Assembly: GCA_965235115.1 (NCBI GenBank)
Contig: OZ249436.1
Location: 55,554,001 to 55,618,000, forward strand
Source: Laetmonice hystrix
Taxonomy: Eukaryota
Reading direction: 5' to 3'
Length of the DNA stretch: 64,000 nucleotides
Of this stretch, positions 63,325 to 64,000 are shown one piece after another (position 1 is the stretch's first letter; every line of letters begins with the position of its first letter). A program made the position numbers and the translations under genes. Under the pieces are notes generated by a model. The model was given only the letters and a program-made list of their open reading frames with translations. It was not told the origin of the DNA and did no database searches.

Positions 63325-64000
63325 CTGTAATAATGAAATGTTTAATTAAAAGTGTTTTGGCCATGACCATCTCAAAAACACACCAACTGCCGCCATGCGC
63401 CATAGCAATGATTATAATGGGTCCATGTAATGATCTTATAGAGGCCCTCTGAAGTAGTATGCATTTATACATAATTGTGTACCCTCGCCTTTTTAAATTA
63501 GACCTGCCTCCTCCCTAGTTCTCAGCGTCGTAATCTTAGATATTTTCGAAATCTAAGCCCTATTAGCCTACGCCCCCTATTTCTCACTGATATTCGGGTA
63601 TATTTTGATCTCTAATGTTTTACACATCCTCCTCCACCCTCCCGCGCATGAAACAGGGAAGGGAGTCGGGACTTTAAGGCATACAGCGGGCTGTCAAGTA
63701 TGATAAAAAGAGATGTTTTAATTTATCTATAAACTGGAATGTTTAATGATGAATGTAGTGGCACATTATCCAATTACGACGGTCGTGCCATGAAGGAAAC
63801 AACCTCTGTCGATCATCTCCCGGGTGACTGTGCCCACTTTGTGAGCCGCCAATGTCGTTTAGTCGAGATCGGTCCACGTGGAGCCGAATAGAAACGCCGG
63901 TATAAGCGCCTTATTAAATCACTTTGAATCATGCATCTCCTCTTCATGAATCGCTAACTAAATGATACCCGTTTGGGATCATTCTCATCGGTCCTCAGCA

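Overview
Eukaryotic (animal) genomic DNA, most likely a marine invertebrate; a lophotrochozoan origin is inferred from the receptor sequence and repeat types. One protein-coding gene is well supported: a + strand, six-exon nicotinic acetylcholine receptor alpha subunit (alpha9/alpha10-like). Its CDS is join(1497..1575,21455..21618,22372..22416,24314..24423,26526..27061,30161..30738), 1512 nt, 503 aa, with a ~19.9 kb first intron. The rest is intronic or intergenic and rich in non-autonomous DNA transposons (IS3EU-, Kolobok-, hAT5-, CACTA-, mariner- and Helentron-like), tRNA-derived SINE pieces, minisatellites (38, 44, 62, 69 bp units) and a ~10 kb block of nested duplications (44.7-54.5 kb). 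Two observations stand out. (1) Three diverged dispersed copies (18.1-18.35 kb minus, 46.85-47.1 kb plus, 58.65-58.9 kb minus) of a ~240-270 nt element are bounded by invariant motifs TCGTAGTCTG...CAGACGCCAGAT. They keep base-paired helices through compensatory changes and G-U pairs, which suggests a conserved structured RNA carried by a retroelement family. (2) A near-identical head-to-tail tetramer of a 334-bp unit with Pol III A/B boxes is flanked by an exact 55-bp direct duplication of host DNA, suggesting integration of a rolling-circle or circular intermediate. All alignments and folds were done by eye; family assignments rest on terminal motifs and TSDs, not database searches.
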